The notes: generated from the letters alone by a model not told the origin. 64,000 nt of DNA from Octopus vulgaris (GCA_951406725.2 OX597815.1:54250001-54314000); one strand, 5' to 3'; shown: positions 15,255 to 27,882, counted from the stretch's first letter. Numbers and translations: made by a program.

Positions 15255-17650
15255 ATTTCAGTCCTTGTACCTACAAGGTAGCCTTTTTAGGATGGCACTG
15301 CTTTCCCTTATCTGAAGTGTGAGCAAGAAAAGGTGCCCTAAAATCGCTTGCACACACAATCTTGTCATTATACTGTGAATGACTTTACTTTCAACCATGC
15401 AGTTGAAAAAATATGAGAAGACAAAAGAAAAAGGGTTGGGAAATAGATATGAGTATAGCTGCTTGGAACGTACGCACACTCCAAGACTACACGAAGCAAC
15501 TTGAGCGCAAAATAGCATTTATAATTCGGTTCTTGGAGACAAAACTACCAGATTTACCACCAGTTAAAGGTGGTAAATCTGAGGCAGAGAAAAGAGAATC
15601 TGGTGTAGGTTTCTTTATTAGTGATAATGTACATAAACAAGAATACTTACCAAATGGAATTAATGATCGTCTTATATTACTACGAATCCCAAATGGCGTA
15701 GAAAAATATGTGACAGTTAAGTCCTATTCCAAATTACAAATATTATTGAACCAAATTCTCAATGAAGATGAAACTTTTCTAAGAGAATTTAATGCCTGTA
15801 TTACTTCAGATTAGCTTTCTAGGCCAAATATTCTTGGTAAGCATGGACTTTTGTACAATGAGCTCAGATGGACTCGTGATAATATTTTCGTGCCGTGAGT
15901 TTGGACTTTCTGTCACCAATACATTTTTCAACAGTCCAATAAAAACAAAATAACTTGGCATCGTCCAGATCAGTTCATAGTCGCTTGATTGATTATGCGA
16001 TTGTCCGAAGCCAAAATAGAAATGATGTTGAAGTACTACGTAGTTTCCATAAGGCAGGATGCCCGTCTGACCACGCAATGGTTTGTAGCAAGATATAAGT
16101 TAGGCCAAGGCCGGCCATAAAACAAAAACGTAAATAATTCATTAAGAGACTTGATATTTCAAAGCTCAAAGTAGATAACAAGAAGGATAGTCTCGCTCAA
16201 ACACTTGATGAAAAGATACGTAATGTTAGAATCACGGGAAATATACAAGAATTATGGGGTCAACTTAGAGATTTCATTTATGAGTCATCATCCAGAGACG
16301 TTCTTGTGTTTTCATTCTCTAAAAAACCAAGATTTGATAAAAATGACGAGTTCTTAAGTGAACTGCTTCAAGAAATATACAGACTTCACAAAGAATGGAT
16401 TACAGATAAGAACACTGCTAGAAAGAAAAGGGTTTACAATCTGCCAAAAACTTTGTTCAACCAGAATTCCGAAAATTGACGCAGCAGTAGCGGGAACAAA
16501 AGACTAAAGCTCTGCAACAATCAGCTGACAAACATGACATGAAATTTTTTAATAAAAAATTGAAGGGAACTTTTGATCCAAGTAAAGAAGGGTGCTTCTC
16601 CTGTTCTTTCTTCTTTCTACACAAGGGAATATTTTCCCAGATCGTAATGACATTGAAACGTTGGGCAGAACAGTTTAAAAATGTATTCAACAGAGATACA
16701 AATGTAGACATTAACTCAATCAATTATATCCCACCAAAGGCTGATAATTGACTCTCTTGAATTGGATTCATGTTTGGATGAAGTGAAAGTGGCTATAAAA
16801 CGGAAAAGTTTCAGGAGAGAGTATTATTCCTGAAGACATTTTTAAATGTGGCGGAAATATTTAGATAAAGATGCAACGATTATAGATCTATATAAATATA
16901 AAGATAAGTGTGAATGTCACAATCATCATAGCATATTCCTGCTCTCTGTTGCAGGAAAATTCCTCTCTAGTGTCATCTTAAACCGAATTAACTCTAACTT
17001 AATCGGTTCTGTCTATCCACAAAGTCAGTGTATGTTTAGGTCAGGTCGAGGGCCAGTGGTCGTATTTTTAACCTTACAAAGCCTTTGACAGTATGCCGGG
17101 AGGCTTTCCGAGAAAAAGCTAATTGTTATAGTGTTCCGACATATAGATATGAAGGTATCTGTTCTCTCGAATGGCTTTCAGTCTCAGCCTTTTTCATGTT
17201 AAAAATGGCGCCTTTTGGCATCAGTACTATTTACACAATTTTTTTGTAATAATGTTGGATTCTGCCTTTCTAAAGTTGCATCTCAGACAATGAGAGGCTT
17301 ACTGTTTGCAGATGATTGTGTCCTAGTTGCTCATTCACTTGAGGACATTCAGTACATCATTAAAAGATTTGCAACAGCAACCAGTTCTTTTGGCTTAATT
17401 ATCAGAGCAAAACGCTGAACTGCTGTACCATCCATGTAACAATATAGAAATCTTACTCAGCGTGTTTGTTGAAGGCAAAGCTCTGAAAACCGTTGATGCT
17501 TTCACATATTTGAATTCTACAGTAACAAGCGATGCTAAACTAGATAGGGAGGCTCAAACTCAAATTGGAAATGTGAGTACAGATTTTGGGAGGCTTTATG
17601 ATCGACTTTGGGATGCCTATGATGTCTCACTAAGGAGTCACCAGGTGAAG
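15255..17650 (+). mobile_element. Degraded RTE-clade LINE (APE + RT)
   Basis: IAAWNVRTL, RESGVGF, GINDRLILLRIP, HSIFLLSVAGKFL..VILNR, QCMFRSGR, LLFADDC and FTYLNS in order, across broken frames. Confidence 0.9.
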
Positions 17651-17769
17651 TGAATAAGTTGTAAACGTTGGGGAATAGTAGTAATAGTAATGTATGCCGT
17701 TGATTGTCTATTTAGTTGGATTTTTTTGTCTTCTCGTTAAACTCTCCTTCGTCGTCTTCGACAGTAGAG

Positions 17770-17901
17770 TCCGTCTTTCAGTTTACGTTTACCAAATCCA
17801 CACAGAAGATTTTGGTCGGCCCAGGGATATCGAAAACACCTGTCAAGTGCAGCATGTGATTGCGAAACAAGCTTCTTACCACACAGAACCACGCCTGCAC
17901 C
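17770..17901 (-). mobile_element. SINE family A 5' fragment (diverged)
   Basis: ctttcagttt..ccaaatccac..ttggtcggccc..gcttcttaccacacag..cctgcacc. Confidence 0.8.
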
Positions 17902-18249
17902 TTTGACAATTTCTTTCGAATTCATCCCTTCTGTGTTCCATTATTTAACGCCTGTTTAAGCATCTTTAAATTGTGGTCCGGTGGCAATGTCACAGATAGA
18001 TGTTATTGCTTCCAAGAATGATATAAATGGCATATTATTTCATTTCGAATTATTACAGATACATAACCTAGTAAAACTCCCTGTCTTTATTTTCTTATGT
18101 TATTCGTTTTCCATTAGATTGATTGATTGACAACTAACTTCAGAACCTGTAATTTGCTAGTAACACGTTTCGGATCGGAAATTTCCTGTCAGATCAAACC
18201 AGTGTGTTGTGTGCTGATAGGAAACTGAGTATCATAGGGTCCGAATTTG

Positions 18250-19140
18250 TTCTGCTTACTCTTTTTCATATATTGATAACTCACTTGTCGACAATTCCTA
18301 CAACGCCTATTCATATTTATATGATGCCCTCTTTCACCACTCTGACATCTGAGCACTTAAAGATTAAGCCCAATGGAACCTAGGAATTCTGCCCACAATG
18401 CACTGGTTCTATTAATACTAGAAAACATATTTTACACCGAAATGAATGCTATATCGCAGTTACTACATATATCAAGTAAATACTATTGTACCATATACAA
18501 ACTCTTCTATATGAACAACACACAACTGGAACCTTTAAAGAGTGTACAAATGCTCGGTGTCATGATTGCTGAGTTATTCCTTGTGAATCTGACATCCTCA
18601 ACAGTGCAAACATTGCACTACAAAAACAGACCTTCCTTTTTTAGAACCAGGAATTACTTTAGTCCCCAACAACTTGAAATCCCTTTAGAAAACTGAAGGG
18701 AAACCCTATGTAATGCTTCTTTAATAAAGCTGCTTCTCCAACTGCAGAAACAGATAGCCTTGACTATATCTATAATTGCCGCTTGACTGGTTGATATCAA
18801 TTCGCTCTTAAGAACACTTTAAGATGACTCACAGACATACTTTTCTCGCATCATGTCTCTTTCACCGCTTTTTTTCTGGCCTCTGTTCCTGATCTTACTG
18901 ATCTTGTGCTATATGCATTACAGCTTTTCGGACTTTTCATTCCTTTTCCTCACAGCACCCATATTGTGTTCAACTTGCCAAATACTGAATAAACCATTTC
19001 ATCCAATCCTCTCTCTCTCTCTAGAACTATAACTCTCCTGAATTCCCTCCCTGTCTTTGTTTGCTTTACAAGTTGTCATTCTACAGTTGCTTAAAATGAA
19101 GATCATTCAAGTTGATGTATGTAGCTTCTTTCTCTACTCT
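18250..19140 (+). mobile_element. Old CR1/Jockey-group LINE 3' relic
   Basis: Decayed RT C-terminal motifs in order: QMLGV, FFRTRNYFSPQQL, SRTITLLNSLP (cf. FPRT..LWNSLP). Confidence 0.6.
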
Positions 19141-19275
19141 AAAACACAAGTAAAAGCTATTATTATTGTTAGCCTGTTTTATACGCCGTATAGATCTAAC
19201 GTATCAATTATAATATAGTTCTATATTTAAGAGATGAGGAATTGTGTACATTATCTACATTCTTTACAATTAATA

Positions 19276-19641
19276 GGCGCAGGAGTGGCTGTGTGGTAAG
19301 TAGCTTGCTAACCAACCACACGGTTGCGGGTTCAGTCCCACTGCGTGGCATCTTGGGCAAGTGTCTTCTGCTATAGCCCCGGGCCGACCAATGCCTTGTG
19401 AGTGGATTTGGTAGACGGAAACTGAAAGAAGCCTGTCGTATATATGTATATATATGTATATGTGTGTGTGTTTGTGTGTCTGTGTTTGTCCCCCTAGCAT
19501 TGCTTGACAACCGATGCTGGTGTGTTTGCGTCCCCGTCACTTAGCGGTTCAGCAAAAAGAGACCGATAGAATAAGTACTAAAAGGTGGTGCTACAGCATG
19601 GCCGCAGTCAATTGACTGAAACAAGAAAAAGAGTAAAGAGT
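19276..19641 (+). mobile_element. SINE family A (tRNA head, CORE-like centre, CR1-type tail)
   Basis: A box TGGCTGTGTGG, B box GGTTCAGTCCC, CORE-like tcttgggcaagtgtctt; internal deletion of the GTCGA hairpin segment. Confidence 0.93.
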
Positions 19642-19699
19642 AATGGATCTTTGTCCTCATCTTGTTTGTTGTTAGTAGCCTACGCTACTAACAACAGAT

Positions 19700-20131
19700 A
19701 TACATGTATCTGTCAAGACCTACCAAAAACTGAGCCAATATAAAGATCTTGAAATAGAAATTAGCAATATATGGAACCTGAAGACTAAAACAATACCTGT
19801 TGTCATAGGTCCCCTGGGAATGATATTAAAAGGGGCTGATTCCTACCTAGCTCAGATACCAGAAAACTCCAAAATGGCAGAAATTCAAAAGATAGTGCTC
19901 ATGGGAACTGCTCATATCCTACGCAAAATACTTTCTATGTAATATCAAGTTTTAAAACAAACATAATTTTCTTATGGTTTCTTAAACATTCTCTAGAGCA
20001 ATACTATGTACAAAGCCAAATATATGGCACCCTAGGCATAACGACCAACATGAACTTCCAACTTGTCTCTTGAGGTCTCTGGGTGATACTTGGAGTCAAC
20101 TTGTACAAATGTAAAGCCAAAGTCAAACATA
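19700..20131 (+). mobile_element. R4/Dong-like LINE 3' fragment
   Basis: SVKTYQKLSQYKDLEIEI..WNLKTKTIPVVIG..EIQKIVLMGTAHILRK, then 3'UTR and (AAT)n; same subfamily as 57170-58268. Confidence 0.88.
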
Positions 20132-20132
20132 A

Positions 20133-20220
<88 letters not shown>

Positions 20221-20222
<2 letters not shown>

Positions 20223-20782
20223 TGCATGCCCTGATGCAGTACCAGGCAGTGGCTCTCGTGGCTTCTGATCTTAACTGATTCGAAGTGTTATCATGTACAT
20301 TGTTTTGTCTTGGTATAAAAGATGGGCTACAGCAAATATTCTGCTCAATACCACAGATTTGCTTGTCAGTTGTTTGACCTTAACCAGTTGAGCATGTCCC
20401 TTAGTGGCTGACGATATGTGCATCTCTGATCACGAGCAGAAGTAGTGGGGGAGCATCATAGCCATGTGTTGAGAAGGATTCTTTGGGGTTTGAATAATTC
20501 ACCTCTGGAAACATGGGTGTTTCGTTCAACGTCCTTAAACAACCCTTATTCAGGGACCTTTTGAGCGGGATGGGCTACTCAACCTGAAGGAAATTCTAAC
20601 TGGGCCCCACCTGCAGGGTCATGTGCTGTTTATCTTGATATGAGATCACCATGTCGCGCACATATGGTTGTGATGCATGTGCCTGGTGTACCTTTATCAG
20701 ACGGGTAGTCATGATGGGTATATTGGGCTTCGTATATTTTACCCCAGTGTCACTTTGATGGCATGAACTGCTCTCTCACTCA
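20221..20782 (+). mobile_element. Unclassified ~560 bp non-coding (AAT)n-tailed retroposon (family C)
   Basis: Homologous copies at 32188-32695, 42220-42495 and 56738-57150 (-); all end ctgct(c/g)tctcactc(AAT)n. Confidence 0.85.
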
Positions 20783-20809
20783 ATAATAATAATAATAATA
20801 ATAATAATA

Positions 20810-21550
20810 AAGCAGACCCAAAATGCCGATTCTGCAACGACATGATTGAAACAGTGGACCACCTAATCTCTGGATGTAAAGTCTTAGCTCCAGTGGAGTA
20901 TAAATTAAGACATGACAGAGTTGGCCAATATCTACACTGGCTAATAAGTCGGCATTACAATATCAAAACTGCCGACAAGTGGTATAATCACCACCCTGAG
21001 GCTGTAACTGAAGGAGAAAATGTAAACATTCTGTGGGACTTTCCAGTACATACAGACCGAACCAACAAGGCCAATAAACCAGCTATTGTTGTGAAAGACC
21101 AAAACAATAAAGTTTGCTTATTGATCGACATGAGCATCCCCTGTGATCATAATATCTCAGCGAAAGAGTTTGACAAGCTCAGAAAATATAAAGACCTACT
21201 CATTGAAATTGAGAAAATGTGGCATCTCAAGGCGGTTACAATACCAGTGATCGTAGGAGCACTAGGAATGATCAAGAAGGGAACCGAAAATTATATGAGA
21301 ATGATCCCTGGCTTACCATCCCTGCAAGAAGTGCAAAAGATTGTCTTAACTGGTACATCACATGTATTGAGAAGAGCATTGTCGATGTGAGAACTGTTGC
21401 TGCTCATGTATTTTAATTTAACTTAAAAAAAAAAAAAAAAGAAATGAACGAACTATTGAGTTTGGTTTAATGACCTACCAATGTATACTATGAGTTTCTT
21501 TGCCCTAGGAGTCGGGAAGACACTCGGCAAGAAATGGAAGCAAATTTGAA
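20810..21550 (+). mobile_element. R4/Dong-like LINE 3' fragment (CCHC + RLE)
   Basis: CRFC..ETVDHLISGC, RHD, KP[A]IVV..LID, K..KYKDL; nearly identical to 41211-41960; flanked by (AAT)n. Confidence 0.95.
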
Positions 21551-21630
21551 AGAAGAAGAAAAAAATAATAATAATAAAACATCGAAAAATACCTTATGAA
21601 TGAGAACCCAGGTTCGAAATTTCTCCAAGA

Positions 21631-21672
21631 CATCTGATGAAGGCTGGGGAGTATATCAGCCGAAACGTTGTG
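21631..21672 (+). ncRNA. Minimal type I hammerhead ribozyme motif (Penelope-type)
   Basis: cat-CTGATGA-a-GGCTG..CAGCC-GAAA-CG-TT-gtg: intact core, 5 bp stem II, palindromic zero-loop stem III, 3 bp stem I, GUU cleavage triplet. Confidence 0.75.
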
Positions 21673-21969
21673 GTAACAACAAACAAGATGTAAATTGGAA
21701 TTAAGATGTAAAGATGGAATTAAGAACGTAAACAGCCGGAACATATAATGCGCTAACGATTGACTAAGCCATCAACAAACAAATTGTAAATAATGTAAAT
21801 AATGTACAAGTATAATATTTTGACTAACTCCTTTCGCCTTCTCATTGAAATATCATGTTTTGAAGCTTGGCTGGTATATTTTCAAGAATGGAAAATAATT
21901 GACAGCCGAAATAAGTACTGCAATAAGAACATCTTAAGATCCATTTTCAGTGACGTGAAGATTGAAATT

Positions 21970-23040
21970 ATTTCTAACAAATGTACAAGGCTAGATATTT
22001 GATGGATGGGGACTAGTCGATTATATCAACCTAACTGGTACTTATTTCATCGACCCCGTAAGAGTGACATAGGTGGGTGTGAAATTAGAGAGCCTGAATT
22101 CCATTGGTGCACCTTAGAAGGGTGGAAAGAGAATATGACCCAATGGCATTTGATATCAGGATATTAAAATCTGCCAAAAATATCACAATGTAATAGAATG
22201 GTACATTTTGTTATCTACGGCAAAATAGCTAAACGGAAGTTAAGCTCGGTGGAATTAAGAACGTAAACAGCCGGAACATATAATGCGCTAACGATTGACT
22301 AAGCCATCAAATTTTGACCTTCTCATAAAATTAGATTAGTTTCAAATTTCGGCACAAGGCCAGCAATTTCGGCGAGGTTTTAAGTCGATTTAAGCAGTAC
22401 TTATTTTATGGGCCCGAAAAAAATGAAAGGCAAGGTAAATCTCTGTGAGATTTGTATTCAGAACGTATTTAGTCCAGCGTGCTAATGATTCTGCCAGCTC
22501 ACCGCCTTTCTAATAATAATATTGGTTTCACATTTTGGCAAAAGGTCAGCAATTTCGATGGAGGGATTTATGTCAATTACATCGACTCCAGCATTCAACT
22601 GATACGTATTTTATCGACCCCGAAATGATGAATCACAAATTGGAACTCGGCGCAATTTGAACTCAGAACGTAAAGACGGGGGAAATGCCGCTAAGAATTC
22701 TAACACGGGTGTTTTGGAGTTGGGTAATATTCGATTAACACAATTAGTATGCTTGTCTGGTACTTTAGTTTATCAACGTTTGGGTGAAATCAAAGTTGAC
22801 TTCGGTGGAATTTGAACATAAAGAACTCAAAAAAATGCTGCAAGACATTATGACCGATGTCCTAATGATTCTTCTACCCACCATTGTTCATACAGTTTAA
22901 GAAGAGTGTTAGTCTCTTAAACCATCCCGGGAATATTACTATCAGTTTCTTTTATCAACCTTGGAAGGCTGAAATACAAATTTCGGCATTTCAGCTCAGA
23001 ACGTATAGAACCGTAATTAAAAAGCGCCAAATATTCTTCC
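21970..23040 (-). mobile_element. Cluster of co-oriented SINE family B copies/fragments
   Basis: Best copies at 22339-22508 and 22522-22700; further decayed units at ~21970, 22200, 22710 and 22940. Confidence 0.85.
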
Positions 23041-23899
23041 AATCCGCAGTCATAATGATATCCATGATTAAACAGTATCAGACAGTGTGTGCGTCAATCA
23101 TTCAGAACAAACATAAATGGATGCCAATATTTTCATTAACTCTTAAAGTTTTCTCTTAAAATAAAAACATTAAGAGTACTTGACTGCAGCAACGAAGTAA
23201 CAACTTTCGCCAGACCAAACAGAATGTCACGTAAGAATTATGGATGCTCCTCTCATCTGCAATTATTACGATATACATAAAAAGTGTTTATTTTGTGTAT
23301 TTATGCATTTATTATTTGTGTACTGTTATGTAACTATACAACACTAATCAAGGATATTGTACATTAGTTTCAATAAAAGGTACTCGGAAAATAATAATGT
23401 AGCAAAGCTGTGATATATACTCCTATTTACCAAATTTCAGCATCTTCAAGGAAACCTTTATCCACGTTTCGTACTACTCTCCATGGTACATTATGAGCTT
23501 GATGTCAATTTTCATGACAAACACGACAGTAGTGTAATAATTACCAACATTGCCATACTATTGATGTGTAGAAGTGAGTTGAAGAATTAGAAAATTATAT
23601 CGTTTGAACTGTTGAATTTAAAACAATATACCTGATATGAAATCTGTTTATTGCCTGAATTTTAATAACCTGTCTGGTAACATTATGAAGACATTGACAG
23701 AATGCCTGTAAGGATAGAATATGCATGCTCTAGAATTTGTATCTATTGTTACAGTACATAGTCAATAAACAGTAGTGAAATTTGAATATTTCCAAAACGT
23801 ACATTATTTTTTTTTTTCAAAAAAGAAAATTCTTTTACTTACGGCTATTGATTTTGCTTCAACCACCCGTTTAATAGCACCCGAAGCCAATTGATGACG

Positions 23900-24560
23900 A
23901 CTGCTTACGATACCTGCTGCTTCACTAATTTGCTAATTTATTAATCTAGTCACCGAAGACTTTACTTACCAGGAATCATGCCTTCGACATACAAGCACAT
24001 CCAGGAAATACACTTGGCACCTAGTACTTGTTAGAAATGTTTGAGCGAGTTTGTGAGGTTGCTATATGTTCCTTCCATTAGAGTTAATCCCATACGACTC
24101 TGCATGTATCTAATATGTAATTCCAGTCCCCTGCTAGTAGTAAAAAGCATAACATACTCAAGAAAGCTTGTTCTTGTTCTGGACGGGCATATTCTGAACT
24201 GTTACTATTACTATTTTGAATGTATTGCTTTAGCTGCTTTCCCATCTAGGATCACTTCCAAGTTACAGGAAGTTTATCCATACACCGTGATGTAAACTTT
24301 TTTTCCAAACAACAACAACTAATCGCCTGATCCTGACAATATCAGTACACCTCATAGTCGTACAAAAATGTGTGCATGTTATGGGAATTCTTGTCTTGGT
24401 GATGGATCCAACAGGTAAGTCAAATTTGAGCTCATTAAACAAGTTTCCCTGTGTCAAGTACAGTCCCAGAACACGTATTTTATACATCCTATCATTAGTA
24501 CAGTTATGTCTACCGGTGAAAGAGTTAGAGGTTAGTCGCCTTCATCTTCGAGAAATCTAG
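23900..24560 (-). pseudogene. Degenerate gag/ORF1-like relic
   Basis: MYKIRVLGL..LPVGSITKTRIP..VRIRRL upstream; 23997-23957 reads C-LY-C(1 nt lost)-RRHD-S-W*VK-S with CCHC spacing. Confidence 0.35.
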
Positions 24561-25132
24561 TTAATCTGGTCTTACTATTTATTGATGAGGTCTACAAAAT
24601 TTCTTTCTTAAGCGTTTTGTTTGGATTTTTTCGTAGGGGTTCTAGATCAAATGCATATTGAACTGTGTGTCTTTTTGTACGTTGTCTGCCATATAGTGTG
24701 TTATACAAAAGTTCGTCAAAATCCGCACGTTTAGCAAAAATGGGTAATTGCAACTTCCTCTTTCAAACCGCTGCTGCTGTTTTGAACGACATTCAAGTTT
24801 ATTTTCGTGCTTAGCTGTCAGATGCATTGTTGTCGTTGGATTTGTTTCCCTGTTCGCTTTTGTTGCGTTCTATCTTCTATAGTTCTCATCAAATTATGGT
24901 TTTTGCTTACGATGCTGGTATGCTTGTTATGATGTTCTGGCGGTGGTGATACTTGCAAAGCTGCTGTATGGATTAGATAGTGCATTTCCTGCTTCGCTGT
25001 TAAATTAGCAGGCTCCCATCTTGAGGTGGCTATAATTTTGTCTTTCTTGTCTTCAATAAGATGCTTTTGAGATGCTTTCATCTTCTTCTGCACGCAAAAC
25101 AATGTATCCGCCTTCGTGAGACCTGGGTTACA

Positions 25133-25137
25133 GTGTA

Positions 25138-25223
<86 letters not shown>

Positions 25224-25255
25224 TGTATGTCTGTCTGTATGTCTGTGTGTGTGTA
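25133..25255. repeat. (TG)n microsatellite
   Basis: Direct reading. Confidence 0.97.
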
Positions 25256-25479
25256 TATAAGTGAGTGTTAGAGAGTTTCTGTGTGTTGGTGAGCTTGGAA
25301 ATAGAAGGCTTTATTTGTCTGTAGTGGTGCTGGCATTTTCTCTTGTATCTTGGTAATGATGTTACAATTGTTACAGGTGATGTAATACTGTTGTTGGTGT
25401 TGTTGCTGCTTATGTTGTATGTTTTTCCTGTTTTGTCTGAAGCGTCAGCAGTAGAGACGCTTTTCTCTCTTTCCCCTCT

Positions 25480-26100
25480 TCATTATTACCACAGAGAGAA
25501 AGAAATTACTTTGTGGTACCGCATATGTGGCAGTTGAACCATGTTCCATTGACTACCACAGAAAACCTTACCGTTTTGTTGCTCAACGAGTTCGTGGATG
25601 ACTGCTGCCCTAACCCTTTCTCTTGAATTAAGAGAGAATTAAGAGGCTTTGATTTGCATTCTTTTTTATTTTTATCTTTAGGAAGGCTGTTCCATCATCT
25701 GTGTCAGACATAGCAGCTAATATCAGCCACAAAATGCATATTTTTGGAGACATGTCGATCATTCTACCCTTCGTCTAGCAAGAGGAAATCCTCACATTCA
25801 AATGGGCGATGTAGTGGGCCTTCGCTTTGGCTTTCGAATCATGCGTCTCCCGTGTCGAATTTTATCACGGACAAAAATAATAAAAGAAATTATTTTACTT
25901 CTAAACCGTTTTCAAGTATTTTGTAACTGTGTGTGCACTGACCTCGCTACTCTTCAAGTTTTTCTGTTTATAATTCGATAGGATATTCTCGATTTCGCTA
26001 ACCTGCTGCTTAACCTGCTTTGGCACGTCCGACAAGATTTTCACTGTATTTTGGGTAACTTTATCTGTTTGTCATAGTTCTTGAAACCCTATTGTTTATT
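25480..26100 (-). pseudogene. Degenerate gag/ORF1-like relic
   Basis: IHELVEQQNGKV/(frameshift)SVVVNGTWFNCHICGTTK resembles the 'VVVEGR.P.C..CG...H' pre-knuckle motif of L1/Tx1-type ORF1. Confidence 0.45.
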
Positions 26101-26882
26101 TGTCTCCATAATTCATGTAATGTTATCCTTGCTACAACTTTTATTGTCGATATTTGATTACTGTTTCCCGGTTGTGGAACCAATTGTCAATGAAGAAGCG
26201 ATGGTGATAGGAGTAGTGTTGGTAGTGGTGTTGGCATTTGTAATATTCGTTCGAGGAGATGGTGGTGATGATGCAGTTATATATTGTCATCCCCCTCCCC
26301 CCACCAAAAAGAAAAAATTAAATGGCTTTGTTATTGCTGATATTGTCCTTGCTACTCCCTTGAGTCTGGCAGAGGTCTTTTCCAGAAAAATAGCAATGTG
26401 AAAGACATTTCTGTTGCTGGTGGTTCATTATTTTTTGTGCTTGTTGTTTTTGAAAATTGTGGTAAACGCAGCTACCTGTGGACTTGCAGACGTTATAGTG
26501 ATAGTTACAATAATCTCAACTACAGAGTTTTTGTTAACTTCAAGAGAGACACTGTAGGTCTTCTTTGCTCTGACTGTCTCTTCTTTGTCTCCAATATTTT
26601 CTCATTTGTTCTCTTTCACGCACTTCTCACCAAACATTATCATTTTGAAAAAGTATCCATGTGTTATTATTTTACAAGAAAAGCAGGACTTTTTGAAGAT
26701 ACAAGTTTCAAAACAGACAATTCCCTCAGGTGAGTGAATCGTTTGAAAGACAAAAGAAAATTTTATTAAAAGGCAGCAAAACTGCTTCTCCGTAGGATTG
26801 TCAACAACAAAATAACAGAAACAAATCTCCATTCTGGGGAAAACGTTTCTTTTCTGAACTTATGCAACTGAAAACTAGCAGA

Positions 26883-26883
26883 A

Positions 26884-26957
<74 letters not shown>

Positions 26958-27010
26958 CACTACTACAACTACTACCACTACCACTACCAATAATAATAAC
27001 AATAATAATA

Positions 27011-27073
<63 letters not shown>
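26883..27073. repeat. (CTA)n-(AAT)n-(ATT)n microsatellite
   Basis: Direct reading. Confidence 0.97.
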
Positions 27074-27662
27074 GTAATTCCTTCATAACACAGTGTAGGT
27101 AAAAATGTATTTGACTCTTTAGTCATCTGTCAAGTCACAAGGACCTCAGACAGATAATACTTTCCTTAAGATGTGCGCAGTGCCCAATAAGATTGCTTTT
27201 TGCAAGACATCAATCTTGCATGAGATTTCAAGTTGCTTTAATAACTCTTGAAGTTTCAATGGGATTGATCACCACTGGTACCACTTATTGTCTTAGCCCA
27301 GCTTCTAACGCTAGAGATGTACTATGGTGTCAGCTGTTCCCTACCAGTGAACTATGGTAAAATGTCTTAATTTTCGACCACCATCCGGAGTATTCGAGTG
27401 GATCCAAGCAGTGCTGTTTTTTGTAAGTGCTCCACCCAAATTAAAGACTTTTTTTATTGCATGTGCTTCTCAAGATTTTTAATCACTGTTCCCAGGGCTC
27501 CGACAATTCTTGGTACTACTACCATCTTTTACATCGACCACAACATCTTAAACTCCCAAGCTAACCTGTCATATCTCTCGACTTTTCTTTCTTCCTTATC
27601 TCATACTTTGTTGTCAGCTGTGCTATGATCCAGTATCGTTTGCTTTCTTTCTCAATTAAGTC
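27074..27662 (-). mobile_element. Two abutting R4/Dong-like 3' fragments (~27074-27290 and ~27290-27662)
   Basis: Minus strand ..LQKAILLGTAHILRKVL and ..VVPRIVGALGTV..LQKTALLGSTRILR; 3'UTR of the second matches 29260-29340. Confidence 0.8.
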
Positions 27663-27718
<56 letters not shown>

Positions 27719-27822
27719 GAATAATAATATTAATAATAATAATAATAATAATAATGATAATAATAATAATGATAATGATAATAATAATAATACTAATAAT
27801 AATACTAATAATAATAATGATG

Positions 27823-27878
<56 letters not shown>

Positions 27879-27882
27879 TATA

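Noticed and set aside
19276-19350. tRNA gene-like A/B boxes (also 35466, 48743, 55026)
   Set aside because: No complete cloverleaf; they continue into SINE bodies.
24410-26736. Plus-strand consensus donors CAG|GTAAGT (~24415) and CAG|GTGAGT (~26729)
   Set aside because: They lie in or beside decayed element sequence with no convincing acceptor or coding frame.
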